Assembly: GCA_964016885.1 (NCBI GenBank)
Contig: OZ024743.1
Span: 280,178,001 to 280,242,000, forward strand
Reading direction: 5' to 3'
DNA: 64,000 bases
Origin: Eledone cirrhosa
Lineage: Eukaryota
Shown: positions 1 through 12,551 of the stretch, piece after piece
How the letters are laid out: each line of letters begins with the position of its first letter
How positions within the stretch are numbered: the first letter of the stretch is position 1
The notes under the pieces: generated by a model
Databases searched by the model: none
Told to the model about the DNA's origin: nothing
The model's input: only the letters and a program-made list of their open reading frames with translations
Made by a program: the position numbers and the translations under genes

Positions 1-190
1 ACCCCCCCCCCCCCCCCTCTTATTTGAAGAACTATTGTAACGCGAACTGGCGCGAAATTTATTATAATTATTGACAAACCAATCAAATTACTTCTCGAAA
101 AACCTGGCATTTCGAGCCACTTTTTCCATATAAAACAAGTAACATTCAAAGACCATGTGAGAAAAACCACAGAGCCTCCATCTCAACTCA

Positions 191-228
191 CCTTTTGAAA
201 AGCAGAAGAACTGCGAAACCGGTAAAGG
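191..228 (+). ncRNA. Minimal type I hammerhead ribozyme (U3-A8 core variant)
   Basis: cctt-TTGAAAA-gcag(aagaa)ctgc-GAAA-ccgg-TA-aagg. Stem I cctt/aagg, stem II gcag/ctgc, palindromic stem III ACCGGT, GUA cleavage triplet. Confidence 0.75.
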
Positions 229-971
229 AACCAAATAAATATATATATTTTAAAAAAAAATAAGACTCCAGTTGCATTTTCTTTATACTTTCACTCGTGT
301 AGGACACCTCGGTTATTTTTCATTTTGTAAAAAAAACCTCACTTTCTAATATATATATATATATGCCGGGTTGCGTTATATCCCCTATGTACCTTTGCTG
401 CTTGTCGTTTTAAAGGATATCTTCCCCGGTAAAGCACGAGTTAGCCTTGTGTTCCCCCGTGATATGCTTTATGGTGTTCATTTTGAGACAATTATTTGCA
501 GCCAAATGCCCTACGAGGCACAATGATAGGGTGTATCTATACCAATCTTGACACATATTGTATCTACTAACACACAGTATATGTGTTGGTAGAGCATTGG
601 GATAAAATACACTGATGTATTTGGTATATGGATCAAATCCCAACCAATTATATTTTGATTTGCAATATAATAAATACTTTTTAAGAATATTAGTTCGATA
701 TAATCGATCATATTTTTCAAAGGCGGTGACCAAGCATGAATACTGCGTACCGACTGAATCCCGAATAACCGAATAAACAAATAAACGAATTATATGAAAT
801 TAAGGAATACATTGTTTCTCTGTCAAAGCTGAGCCTCGTTACATTTCATAACAAAGCTGAAACAATCAAAGAGAATTAATAATAATTCAATCACAATAAT
901 ACACTGTATATATATATATATATACATATATATAATCTCTCTATATATATATATGTGTGTGTGTGTAAGTA

Positions 972-1034
<63 letters not shown>

Positions 1035-1719
1035 CAATCTATGACTCCCTATCTCAATCATGTTCCCCCAATAACAAATTCATTTTCAAATAACAAAGAC
1101 CTGCGTTCTAAAGCTACATGGGTCCGTGTAAATAAATCTTTCTCCTGAATTACACACACATTTAATATGAATGGCATTTATAATAAACATTTATGTAATC
1201 ACATCCTATATCCACCAATCATAGTATATATAGCATACCAATCCTAAACTCCAAAATTGATATATATATATTCAAAGCTATTGTCGTTATTATTTACAGC
1301 ATGGGTCCACTTGTATGGAGAATATAACTGATTGGCTATAAGTAGTATGTATGGCCGCAACGGGGGTAAAAAAGGGAGATTTTGCTTACGTTGTTTTCAT
1401 AATATTTTGCTATAGATAAAAGCTATGGGAAAAGGTGTTGGCTTTGAAACATTTAATATATTATAAAGTAACACGACTATCTTGGTGTTCTATCAGATCA
1501 ACCAATTATGTGTGAAGACTGCCAGAACCCATAATTGTCGCTCTTATTTCAAATCAGATCTTGATTGGTTTCAATTGATGGCTGTATCTTCAATAGAGAT
1601 TAGGATTTTGATCTTAAAATTACACGCCTGCTCCTCAGACACACACAGATACATACGCACGAAAACGCACACACAAACATATGAGCACGAAAACATTCAG
1701 TCATCTATGTATTGTTGTG

Positions 1720-1930
1720 ACCAACAACTCAGGCCTTGTATTAACAATTACATCCATTCCTTACTGTCCAGAACATCGGTTCTCTGGAATTCCCTCCCAG
1801 TTCATCTCTTTCTTCTCGGGCATCAACTTACAAGACTTTAGACAGAAAATCAGCAGCATAATCTCACCAGGCTTGCAGGGCCTGCTAAATCCACGGAAAC
1901 TGCTCCTGGTATCAGAATGGTAAGAAGTTC
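1720..1930 (+). mobile_element. 3' fragment of a non-LTR retrotransposon (CR1/L2/Jockey-like ORF2 C-terminus)
   Basis: Translates across a frameshift as NYIHSLLSRTSVLWNSLPVHLF..NLQDFRQKI, matching the SFFxRTxxLWNxLP C-terminal LINE motif. Confidence 0.6.
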
Positions 1931-2170
1931 AATTCTTCATGGCGGTCGCTGGCTAATTTTTTTAGGGATTCTACCTCATTTTCTAAGCTACTATTTACAG
2001 CAAGTAACTGTAATTACAGGTATTTTGCGTTTAAATTTGCTACAAAATTCCTATGAAACACATCATCTTTCAGCGCTTCGAAATTTCGATATATTGCATA
2101 CAATGTTGTTAACATTCTAAGCTATGCTGTTTGGCTTTCTAATTTAAAAAGAGATTATCGACAGAACAGA

Positions 2171-2242
2171 GGTCCCTTAGCTTAATTATTAGAGCAGTCA
2201 GTCGGTATCTGAAGGATACGAAGTTTGATTCTTCATGGGTCC
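2171..2242 (+). pseudogene. Degenerate tRNA-like sequence (SINE head or tRNA pseudogene)
   Basis: ggtcccttagcttaattattagagca...aagtttgattctt...gggtcc: A-box-like and B-box-like motifs at tRNA spacing with an imperfect acceptor stem. Confidence 0.5.
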
Positions 2243-2263
2243 GAGTTTCCTACATTTTCTATG

Positions 2264-2313
<50 letters not shown>

Positions 2314-2444
2314 GAGATAAGCGGAGCAAGTAAGATTCAAACAATTTTTCAAAATAAATTAAAAAATATAATTTAAATATTCCCCTATTCCGTTTGCTTT
2401 TACCGACGGTTTCACCTTACAAAAGATTGGAGATCCTAGGGATT

Positions 2445-2501
<57 letters not shown>

Positions 2502-2663
2502 CCTCTGCAGAATACTGATGAAGGAAAATATATATATATATATGATCCTCTGCAGACTACTGATGAAGGAAAATTTTCTCCCGTTCATGCTTTCCTCTTA
2601 TATATAAGTACACCTTATTCAGCAACTACACAGTCCCTGTATATATATATATATATATATATA

Positions 2664-3203
2664 GGAAAAAGTATGACTCCGACGGTAGAGCTCAAGCCGT
2701 TTCGACGGCTATTTCCAGAAATAGCCGTCGAAACGGCTTGAGCTCTGCTCTCGGGGTCATAATTTTTCCTATTACCCACTCTACTACCCTAAGTATTGAG
2801 TACTCTGGTGCGTTATGGTCCATCTGGTTCCTTACCACATCTCCTTCGTTATTTAGCTCCTATCTCCGTAGTAGAGCACTTTCCGATCCTACCACGCCAT
2901 ATCCCGACTTTTCCACCCAGCTCAAGTTTCTTCACCCTCACCAAGTCCAGAAATAGCTGTCGAAACGGCTTGAGCTCTGCCGTCGGGGTCTACTTTTTCC
3001 TATTACCCACTCTACTACCCTAAGTATTGAGTACTCTGGTGCGTTATGGTCCATCTGGTTCCTTACTACAATTCCTTCGTTATATATATATATATATATA
3101 GGAAAAAGTATGACCCCGACGGCAGAGCTCAAGCCGTTTCGACGGCTATTTCTGGACTCCAATTGTGGTAAGGTCCATCTGGTTCCTTATCACAATTCCT
3201 TCG

Positions 3204-3205
<2 letters not shown>
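2664..3205. mobile_element. Cluster of short fold-back elements carrying the 3' half of a hammerhead (probable PLE terminal fragments)
   Basis: About 50-bp inverted arms centred near 2715, a direct copy at 2947-3082 and an inverted piece at 3101-3160. Each has GAAA-cggc(ttgagctct)gccg-TC or a close variant, and the cluster is flanked by (TA)n. Confidence 0.7.
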
Positions 3206-3249
<44 letters not shown>

Positions 3250-4051
3250 GAGATATATATATATATTATATGGCCATAAATGAATACATTCCTCCTCACC
3301 CTCATTGATTTCCTTACCCAAGTGTCTTCTCCAGTTTATAGTTTCTGTTCGGAACTTCGATACGATGCTTGTAGAAAAATTGAGCTACTTTCTTGGAGAC
3401 CAACTAATAAGTGATCTATTTGATATTCTATCAGATGACATCTATCCTGGAAGTTTCTATTCTAAAATGTCATGTAAATCATTCTTACTACATTAAGTTT
3501 GTTAGTTTGTTTCTTTATCGGTTTGTCTTTATATTTTGTATTTATCTATTTAGTTGTATTTTTGTTTGTTTTATTTTATATTTCTGTTTGTTTCTTGTTG
3601 TTGTTGTTGTTGTTTTCGTTGACTGTCTAAGTTTTTTTTTTCTTTTGTTGTTTTATTGTTCGTCTGAACAGAACATTTGTTTTTGACGAAATCTTTATTG
3701 GCAGTAAAGGAAAATGACAAAGGTCATATTCATTGGTAGTAAATCCTATTTAGAAATAAGCCCACACCTAGATCATATTAAGATATCGTCTATAGGTGAA
3801 GTATACAAACAAGTTATTCCAATCAACAAGAGTGACTACATTTTTGCTCGACATGCTAGAAGTAGTGAGTAACCATCTACCAAAACAATCCACCGTCTTT
3901 AAAAAGAAATCAAAGAAGCATTGGATAATGTAATGCTATCTTCTTTTCTTCTTCTTCTTCTTCTTCTTCTTCTTCTTCTTCTTCTTCTTCTTCTTCTTCT
4001 TCTTCTCCCATAACTCACGGGGTTATAGAATAACTTCTTTAAATAATAGCT

Positions 4052-4215
4052 CTTAACGTTTTGAGTTCAAATCTCGTCGTGGTCAACTTTGTCTTTCACC
4101 CTTACGGGGTCGATAAATAAGGCACCAGTAATGTAACAGGGTGATTTAACGACATTCTCCTACCCCAAAATTGTTGGCCTTGTGCCTAAATCAGAAACCA
4201 TTATTATTATTATTA
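4052..4215 (+). mobile_element. tRNA-derived SINE (family A), 5'-truncated
   Basis: gagttcaaat B-box, ctttcacccttacggggtcgataa core, ggccttgtgcctaaa..gaaacc tail followed by (ATT)n; many homologues in the window. Confidence 0.85.
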
Positions 4216-4404
4216 TCGGCAGCACAACCCTCCTAATATATATTTCATCACTTGATTTCATATCAATAACCCTGCAGAAAACATAAAAATTTAAAGTATA
4301 AATACACACACAAATACACACACACACACATACACACATATATATAGATATATATATGTACACACACACACACAGATATATATAGATATATATATATATG
4401 TATA

Positions 4405-4481
<77 letters not shown>

Positions 4482-4544
4482 CATATATATATTGAACTGT
4501 CTATTCCCAGAGAAGAAGAATCCATTGAAGCGATTCAAATTATA

Positions 4545-4670
4545 ATTCAATTACTTGTTTATTTCACCGAGAAGAGTGAAAGGTAATATCAACCCCGGCG
4601 GAATTGGAACTCAATAGGTAAAATAGCCGTATCTAAATTGTGTAAGACTTTTGCCCTCTCACTCTACCGC
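4545..4670 (-). mobile_element. Diverged SINE family A fragment
   Basis: Reverse complement of the gagttc..ccgccggggttga core. Confidence 0.6.
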
Positions 4671-4779
4671 TTTTAATGTATCTGGTGGCAGCTTAGCCGA
4701 GGGTATTTGGTGCTGAAAGTCTCCTCTAGAAATATCAAGTATGATCTGCATTAAAAATCTATTCGCGTATCTACAAATA

Positions 4780-5060
4780 TACAACGGTTACTTACTGTCG
4801 GACCTCCGTCGATTACAGGAAAGCGTGTTCCAGTCTGCTCATGAAATTAAGGAAAGGTGTCTGAGCATTCCACAGAAACATGTCTACCTTAAATATAATT
4901 ATCAGCATAGCAGTGTATGAAAATATGATCCCTTAAAATTGCCGACACAATTTTGACAGCTGAGTATACTAGACACACGTGTCTTGCGTAAGAACAATAT
5001 CCCACAGGGAATCGAATCTAGACTTTATGATCGTAAGCCGAATGCTCCTTACACAGCGGT
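4780..5060 (-). mobile_element. Second SINE-like repeat (family B), diverged
   Basis: Homologous to 51630-51970 (ctgataattatatttaagg / ctgagaattacgttaag motif) with a tRNA-like head near 5010-5050. Confidence 0.55.
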
Positions 5061-5554
5061 TAATAACATACACAACCATAAGACTACACGAAAATGGCCA
5101 CCATGCTGACTGGGAAATATTCATGTTATAAATCAATATTTTTATGATTCAATTGAATTCCAAATGATTCCTCAATGATACAAGTTAATCAAATATTCCA
5201 ATATTTCGAGATTGATTTTTTTTTTTTGTTGTTTGTTTTATTTTCTGTTTGTTTGTTTTTCTTTTCTTTCTATGAAATGTTGAAATTTAATACAATGAAT
5301 TTAGTACATTCGTCTTCCAATATAGGAAAATAATATCAATCCCAAACTACAAGAACGGAAAGGAAAGGAAAAAATCCGATCATTAAATCGGACCAAGGAA
5401 ACAATATTTCAATTGGTTTTTACATTGCTTATGCTGTCGCCCGATCACAACTCGTGTCAGAAGATAACTGGTATTGAACTCAGAAAGCACAAGCTTTGAG
5501 AAGATACTGTAAAGCATCTCCTCTAACTTTTTAACAATACTTCTGGAGTGGTAT

Positions 5555-5682
5555 TCTATTTATCGAGCTCGAGAAAACGAAAAAGTTGACCTCGGCTGTA
5601 TTTGAATTTAGAATATAGTGATCCAGAACAAATACGAAGTCATTTAATTCGACAAGATACACACTGTGCCAATTCACCGCCA
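5555..5682 (-). mobile_element. SINE family A fragment
   Basis: aagttgacctcggctgtatttgaa...gccaattcaccgcc is the reverse complement of the SINE head and core. Confidence 0.7.
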
Positions 5683-6243
5683 GACAACCAGTAATATACT
5701 CTGACTAATGAGAGATGTATACGTGTGGTAGAAATAGCACCGATATTTCCCTAGAATCACATTCAACCGACTTTAGCAAGCACAAAGGGCAGTTTGGATA
5801 ATAACATCCTAGATGTTTGGATAAAATGATTGAATAGACACTACTGGAATATCCTTTATTACGAGATAGCTGTTTTAGGTCTGATAACAGCAACAAAAAC
5901 AATAACAAAAATAACCAGTAATACATCGTAGTCCAGTGAATCGATCTCCCTTCTTGTTACCTACAGGAAGAATTACCTTGAGAAAAACAAATCTATAGGT
6001 GCAGATGTGTCTGTGTTGTTAAGGAGTTCTCTTCGTAACCACGTGGTTTCGGGTTTAATACCACTGCGTGATATCTCGAGTAAATATCCTCTATTATTTG
6101 GCAGAATCGGTAGAGCGTCGCACGCCCTGCTGCGTGGCATAGAGTTACGGCTCTTTGCATTCTGAGTATATATTCTTTACATTCTGAGTGTATATATATA
6201 TATATATATACGTGCAGGCACACGCACACGGATGAGGGTCACA

Positions 6244-6290
<47 letters not shown>

Positions 6291-6593
6291 CACTATGTTA
6301 TTCATATATTTATTTATTTCTACATTTATTTAGATATGGAACCGTTGGAGAAATCGCTATAATTCGGCTTTCAAATGTCATCCAAAAAAACAATTTTGTT
6401 CTGTGAAGAAACACAACTACCAACCTGCTGCTACTATCATGACTACACACCTCTCTCTCTATTCACAAGAAGTCATTCTCCAGTCTCCTTCTGAGCAAGG
6501 AAGATGGCGAAAAAACTTACTCCAATACTTAATTTTAAATCTTTAATTCTTAATTTTTAATTCTTATTAATTCTTTTTAATTGTAATACTCAA

Positions 6594-6637
6594 CATTTGA
6601 AAAGATGAATTTTAATAATACATCGAAACCGGTAATA
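6594..6637 (+). ncRNA. Minimal hammerhead ribozyme (U3-A8 variant), stem I eroded
   Basis: cat-TTGAAAA-gatg(13 nt)catc-GAAA-ccgg-TA-ata; same core and stem III as 191-228. Confidence 0.6.
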
Positions 6638-6872
6638 CTTTATATACTTTATATATATTATAAAACTCTTTTTTTTTTAAATTGTCCTTCTCATTTTTCA
6701 AAAATGTCATCTTATCAATAATGTCACTTTGACGAATCAAAGAAAGGGAAAAAAAGAAACACAGACCTTAAAATATATTTTCCGTGCTATTTCCTACTTC
6801 ACCTTTTTCTCTATATCCACTGTTTTGTATAGAATCTTACCTCCCTTTATATATATATATATATGTATATAT

Positions 6873-6908
<36 letters not shown>

Positions 6909-7542
6909 TGTATATATATATATATATATACATACATGTTCAAAAATACACATGGATGTGTATCGGTCAAAATCCCAAAAGGCGGCAACCGATATAACTG
7001 CAAAGTGTAAAAAAAGAATTACGAAAATATATCGGATTAAATATGAAACAAAGGAAAATCTAGATATTGTGGTCAATATTTATAAGTCGTGATTATTTAC
7101 ACTATGTTATTCATATATTTATTCATTTTTCTACATTTATTTAGATATGGAACCGTTGGAGTATTCGCTATAATTCGGCTTTGAAATGTTATCCAAATTT
7201 TCACTATCTTTGAAATTTGTCCCTGTAATGTCACCAATTCGATGTTCCTCGGGCAATAAAGAATTCATTAATATAATAATAGAATAATGTACTTTTTTGT
7301 GCTGATTTTATTGATGTTGACCGTCTTCAAGGTCTAGTCGTTTGTGTCAGTAGTGATGTTGGCGGTAGATATAATAATAGCCTAGCTGTGTTGGTGTTAG
7401 TATTATGGTGTAGTTAATAGAATAGTAAGTGTCAGATATCTTATGGATTGGACCTTTCAAGCTGAACCAGAGCGGGATAAAAGGATATACGTACGTGCAT
7501 AAATACATACATACATGTATATACATATATATCTATACATAC

Positions 7543-7611
<69 letters not shown>

Positions 7612-7616
<5 letters not shown>

Positions 7617-7669
7617 GTAATGAGTATAATCGAAGTTGCAGCTGCAAGTAGCAGATTCGCATCTAATTT

Positions 7670-7714
<45 letters not shown>

Positions 7715-8362
7715 GTAAGAAACACAGTAAACCGTGTGTCTAAAATTACAAGGGTTGAAAAACCACATTTATTTGAAATATTTAACCAAGAAGCAGACAG
7801 AATGATAAAGTATACAAACCGCCTCAATAACCATTATATCTCTCGGACAGATTATACCTAATCTGTTTCGCCCTGAGTGTGTTTGTAACAGATAATCCTG
7901 GGCTTCATCAGCGAGAGAATCTGATTAAATGCCACAAACACTATTTGCCAACGTTCACACAGAAAGATGAATTTATCACCTCGTGCTCCAATTGAGTTTT
8001 AACTCTAATTTTCATATATATTTCTGCTCCCTCACAAGTTGAGCTTATTAAGTTGTGTGTGTTGGACTGTTATTTCTATTCAATACACGCTTACCACGTT
8101 TGACTGGCGGAGCACGAAGTGATAAATTCATCTTTCTCTGTCCGAGAGATATAATGGTTATTGAGGCGGTTTGTATACTTTATCATTCTGTCTGCTTCTT
8201 GGTTAAATATTTCAAACAAATGTGGTTTTTCAACCCTTGTAATTTTAGACACACGGTTTACTGTGTTTCTTACTATATATTATTAATCGGCTCAGTATTT
8301 ATATTTATATTTATACTTGGAGCTTAATAGTTACAGGGTTCCAATTGAGTTTTAACTCTAAT

Positions 8363-8430
<68 letters not shown>

Positions 8431-8481
8431 GGATGCGAATCTGCTACATGCAGCTGCAACTTCGATTATACTCATTACTAT
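7612..8481. repeat. Mosaic of inverted and direct duplications between (TA)n tracts
   Basis: 7612-7670 is the reverse complement of 8424-8481; 7712-7850 of 8138-8277; 7958-7989 of 8109-8140; 7988-8020 is repeated directly at 8341-8372. Confidence 0.9.
7839..7918 (-). ncRNA. Type I hammerhead ribozyme, intact core
   Basis: Minus strand: tctctcg-CTGATGA-a-gccc...gggc-GAAA-cagatta(ggta)taatctg-TC-cgagaga. 7-bp stem I, fully paired stem III, GUC cleavage site. Confidence 0.85.
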
Positions 8482-8494
8482 TGTACCTCCGTTA

Positions 8495-8525
<31 letters not shown>

Positions 8526-8526
<1 letters not shown>

Positions 8527-10465
8527 TAACGGAGGCACCCGGCGTTGCTCGGGAATGAATGAAAGTGGTCTTTATACATTAGAAGAGGAAAGCAAAACAG
8601 ATAATATAGAAATTATTATTCTAAATTCCATTTATTCTTCAATTGAAGTACATGATGGAATCAATTCTGAATTCATAATACAAAAATAATAAAAAATGAA
8701 AATACAAAATAAATGACTTTCATGAGGGGAAATAAATTCTATCACATATTTTGAAGGAAATGAAGAGCTTCTGGGTAAACAAATTCTTTGTTTTCTTTTT
8801 GGAGCATACTCAAATAAGCTTTGTAAACTACCCTCCCTTGAGTATTATGAAAGGTGGCAACTTCTGAAAAGCTTGTGGATGGACAGTCAGAACTTTCTTT
8901 TTTTGGCATCTTTTTTAAAAACTAAAATGTGGATTAAATGACAAATAAGTAAAAATTACATGAATATTTCCACCAGTGAGATATAAATCAAGAACGAAGC
9001 TTACCTCATTTAAGTCCTCATTCTAAACGGAAGGCTAGCATCATTGGAGTTCAGTATGTTATTGTGCTCATTAACATAACCTCACTTTGACAACACCAAA
9101 TAGCTCTGTGTCGTTTTGTGGTAAAGTGCGTTTGTGTTGTAGTAAGTATCACCTCATTGTGCTTACCTTTCTATCACTGATGTAAAACGACTTTATAAAA
9201 GCTAACGCAATTTGAATGAAGTTCAATTGATACTTTGGTTTTACAATATTGTGCCATTATATCTAGACTCTTTTGGAACATAAACGATCATCAATGAAAA
9301 ATACGAACTCTCATGAAAATACGCATACACTTGTTTTGGAATTACAAAGCGTGATTTTTCATGAGAGAGGAGGGGGGGGGGGGGGAGAAAAAAGAAAATA
9401 GAAAGAAAAAGAGGGTGGAAAATATTCTTTGAGATGATTATTATTATGCATTGTAAAACAGACATACAAATACAGAGATATTTGCAAATATTATATAGAT
9501 AATATATACATGTGTGTGTGCATATATATATTATACACACATATGTAGTTAATAGCTATGTATGTCTATATAAAATATATATACACATATGTAGATAACA
9601 ACTATTTATGCAGGGCGGTGGATTGGCAGTATCGGTAGAGGGTCGGACGCCATACTTTCCAGCATAGTTACGTCCCTTTACGATCTGAGTTCAAATCCCG
9701 CCGAGGTTGACTTTGCCTTTCATCCTTACGGGGTCGATAAAATAAAGTACCAGTAATGCACTGGGTAATTGCTGGCCTTGTGCCTAAAAGTAGAAACAAT
9801 TTATGTAGATAAACTCTCTAATTTCTCTAGATATATATAAGGCCGTTAACCATGGGTATATATGAAGTCTCTTCTCTACTAATTTAGGATATATAGACCC
9901 GCCTATATCATCCCTTTACCTCCAATGGGTCCCTCTGCCCTTCCTATTACCCCCCCCCCCCCCATTTCCTTCAACGACCAAATGTTTAATGTGGACTATG
10001 TTGTGTGGTACGACAGTTGTGTCGATGTGTTGACGTTCATTCGTGTCCTCTTTTGGTCATGTCTTTGTGTGAAATATTCAGCCATGTCAAACGCCGTGTC
10101 TTGCTGAATCTACCTGAGAATTACTTTTAAGGGTATACATGCCTGTGCGTCGAATACTTAGCCTTGTCACACAGAGGGCCATGCTGAATCTCCCTGAGAA
10201 TTACATTTTATCGTACACATGCAAATTGTGTAAATTAATCTTTAAATAAGTAAGCTCCCTTAGATTCTTAGTAATTTTATTGAAAAAAAAATGATTTAAA
10301 AAAAAATTGATTTAAATTGAATGAAATACAGAGTGAGAAAACGAAAGATACAGTGGGATAGATCGAGAAAGAGCGGTTTCAGACAATGCTTTAATTATTA
10401 CCAATGTATTCAGGATTTCGTGTAATTACCGGTAAACAAACAAACTTCCTATTTATAAGATAAGA
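8526..10465 (-). mobile_element. Probable non-autonomous Helitron with nested SINEs
   Basis: Minus strand starts A|TCTTATCTTATAAATAGG and ends with a GC-rich hairpin cccgagcaacgccggg about 10 nt before TTAG|T (canonical end CTRR, inserted between A and T). Pairing of the two ends is inferred. Confidence 0.5.
9613..9800 (+). mobile_element. Full-length SINE family A (short-body variant)
   Basis: ggcggtggattggcagtatcggtagag A-box, gagttcaaatccc B-box, core and ggccttgtgcctaaaagtagaaacaatt tail. Confidence 0.9.
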
Positions 10466-10467
10466 TG

Positions 10468-10566
<99 letters not shown>

Positions 10567-11009
10567 ATGGGTGCGTATATTTTTATATGCATATATGTAT
10601 ATATATACATGTAGATATATATATACACATATTTGCATCTATAGTTACATTATTGCTTGTTTTTTTAGTGTGTAAATGAGTGTTAGTATATATATAATTG
10701 TGTGTGAGTGTGTGTGCGTGTGTGTAGGTGTGTGTGCGTATGTGTAGGTATGTGTGTGTCTGTGTGCGCATGTGTGCGTGTGTGTACATTCAGTAAGTCC
10801 ATTAACTCCGGAAATGATTTCCTCACGAATGTATCCATATAGTGTCACTATATGTGTGTAAAGCTGTGTTGTGTGTATGTATTTTTCTGTCAATGTTTTG
10901 CGTGGGGTGTTGCATGTGTGTTGTAGGGGTTCAGTCTTCAGTTGATTCTTGTATGAATTACCTTATAGGTAGGGCTTCGCAAAGAATGAAATAAATCATA
11001 AAAACAACA

Positions 11010-12070
<1,061 letters not shown>

Positions 12071-12475
12071 TATATGTATATATATAACATACTTATTCTA
12101 TCACTTCTCCACAAACATACACACAAGCTGTCCCTCTGATTCTTTCTCTCGTCTACGCCGCTTTCTATCTCGCCCTCTGCCACTCTCGTCCGTCTCTCTA
12201 TCTCTCCAGAGTGGCCGTTCTTTTGTTGTTACTTATTTCATATATCTCCACTGATTTGCCTTAATCCTTTGCACTTATTTTTACTTTGTCCTATTTTCTT
12301 ATTCGGATTAATATTGATATCATTAACATATTATTATTATCATTATTATTATCATTATTACCATTATTATTAGTAGTAGTATAAATATTATCATAATCAT
12401 CATCATCATCAACATCATCATCCTCATCCTCATAACATTATTATTATTATTATTATTTGTTCTCCCATAACCCAG

Positions 12476-12551
<76 letters not shown>

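Noticed and set aside
365-780. ORFs 410-733 and 511-780, a YIGD motif and a decayed HHR-like string near 690-728
   Set aside because: Suggestive of PLE debris but too degenerate to call.
2171-2242. Functional tRNA gene
   Set aside because: T-loop and stems are degenerate; better explained as a SINE head or pseudogene.
7180-7255. HHR-like ccgagga...gaaa on the minus strand
   Set aside because: Core mutated, and stems I and III cannot be paired convincingly.
8700-9000. piggyBac-like WWKY and Cys-rich hints on the minus strand
   Set aside because: Only a few residues across frameshifts; no catalytic motifs or TIRs.
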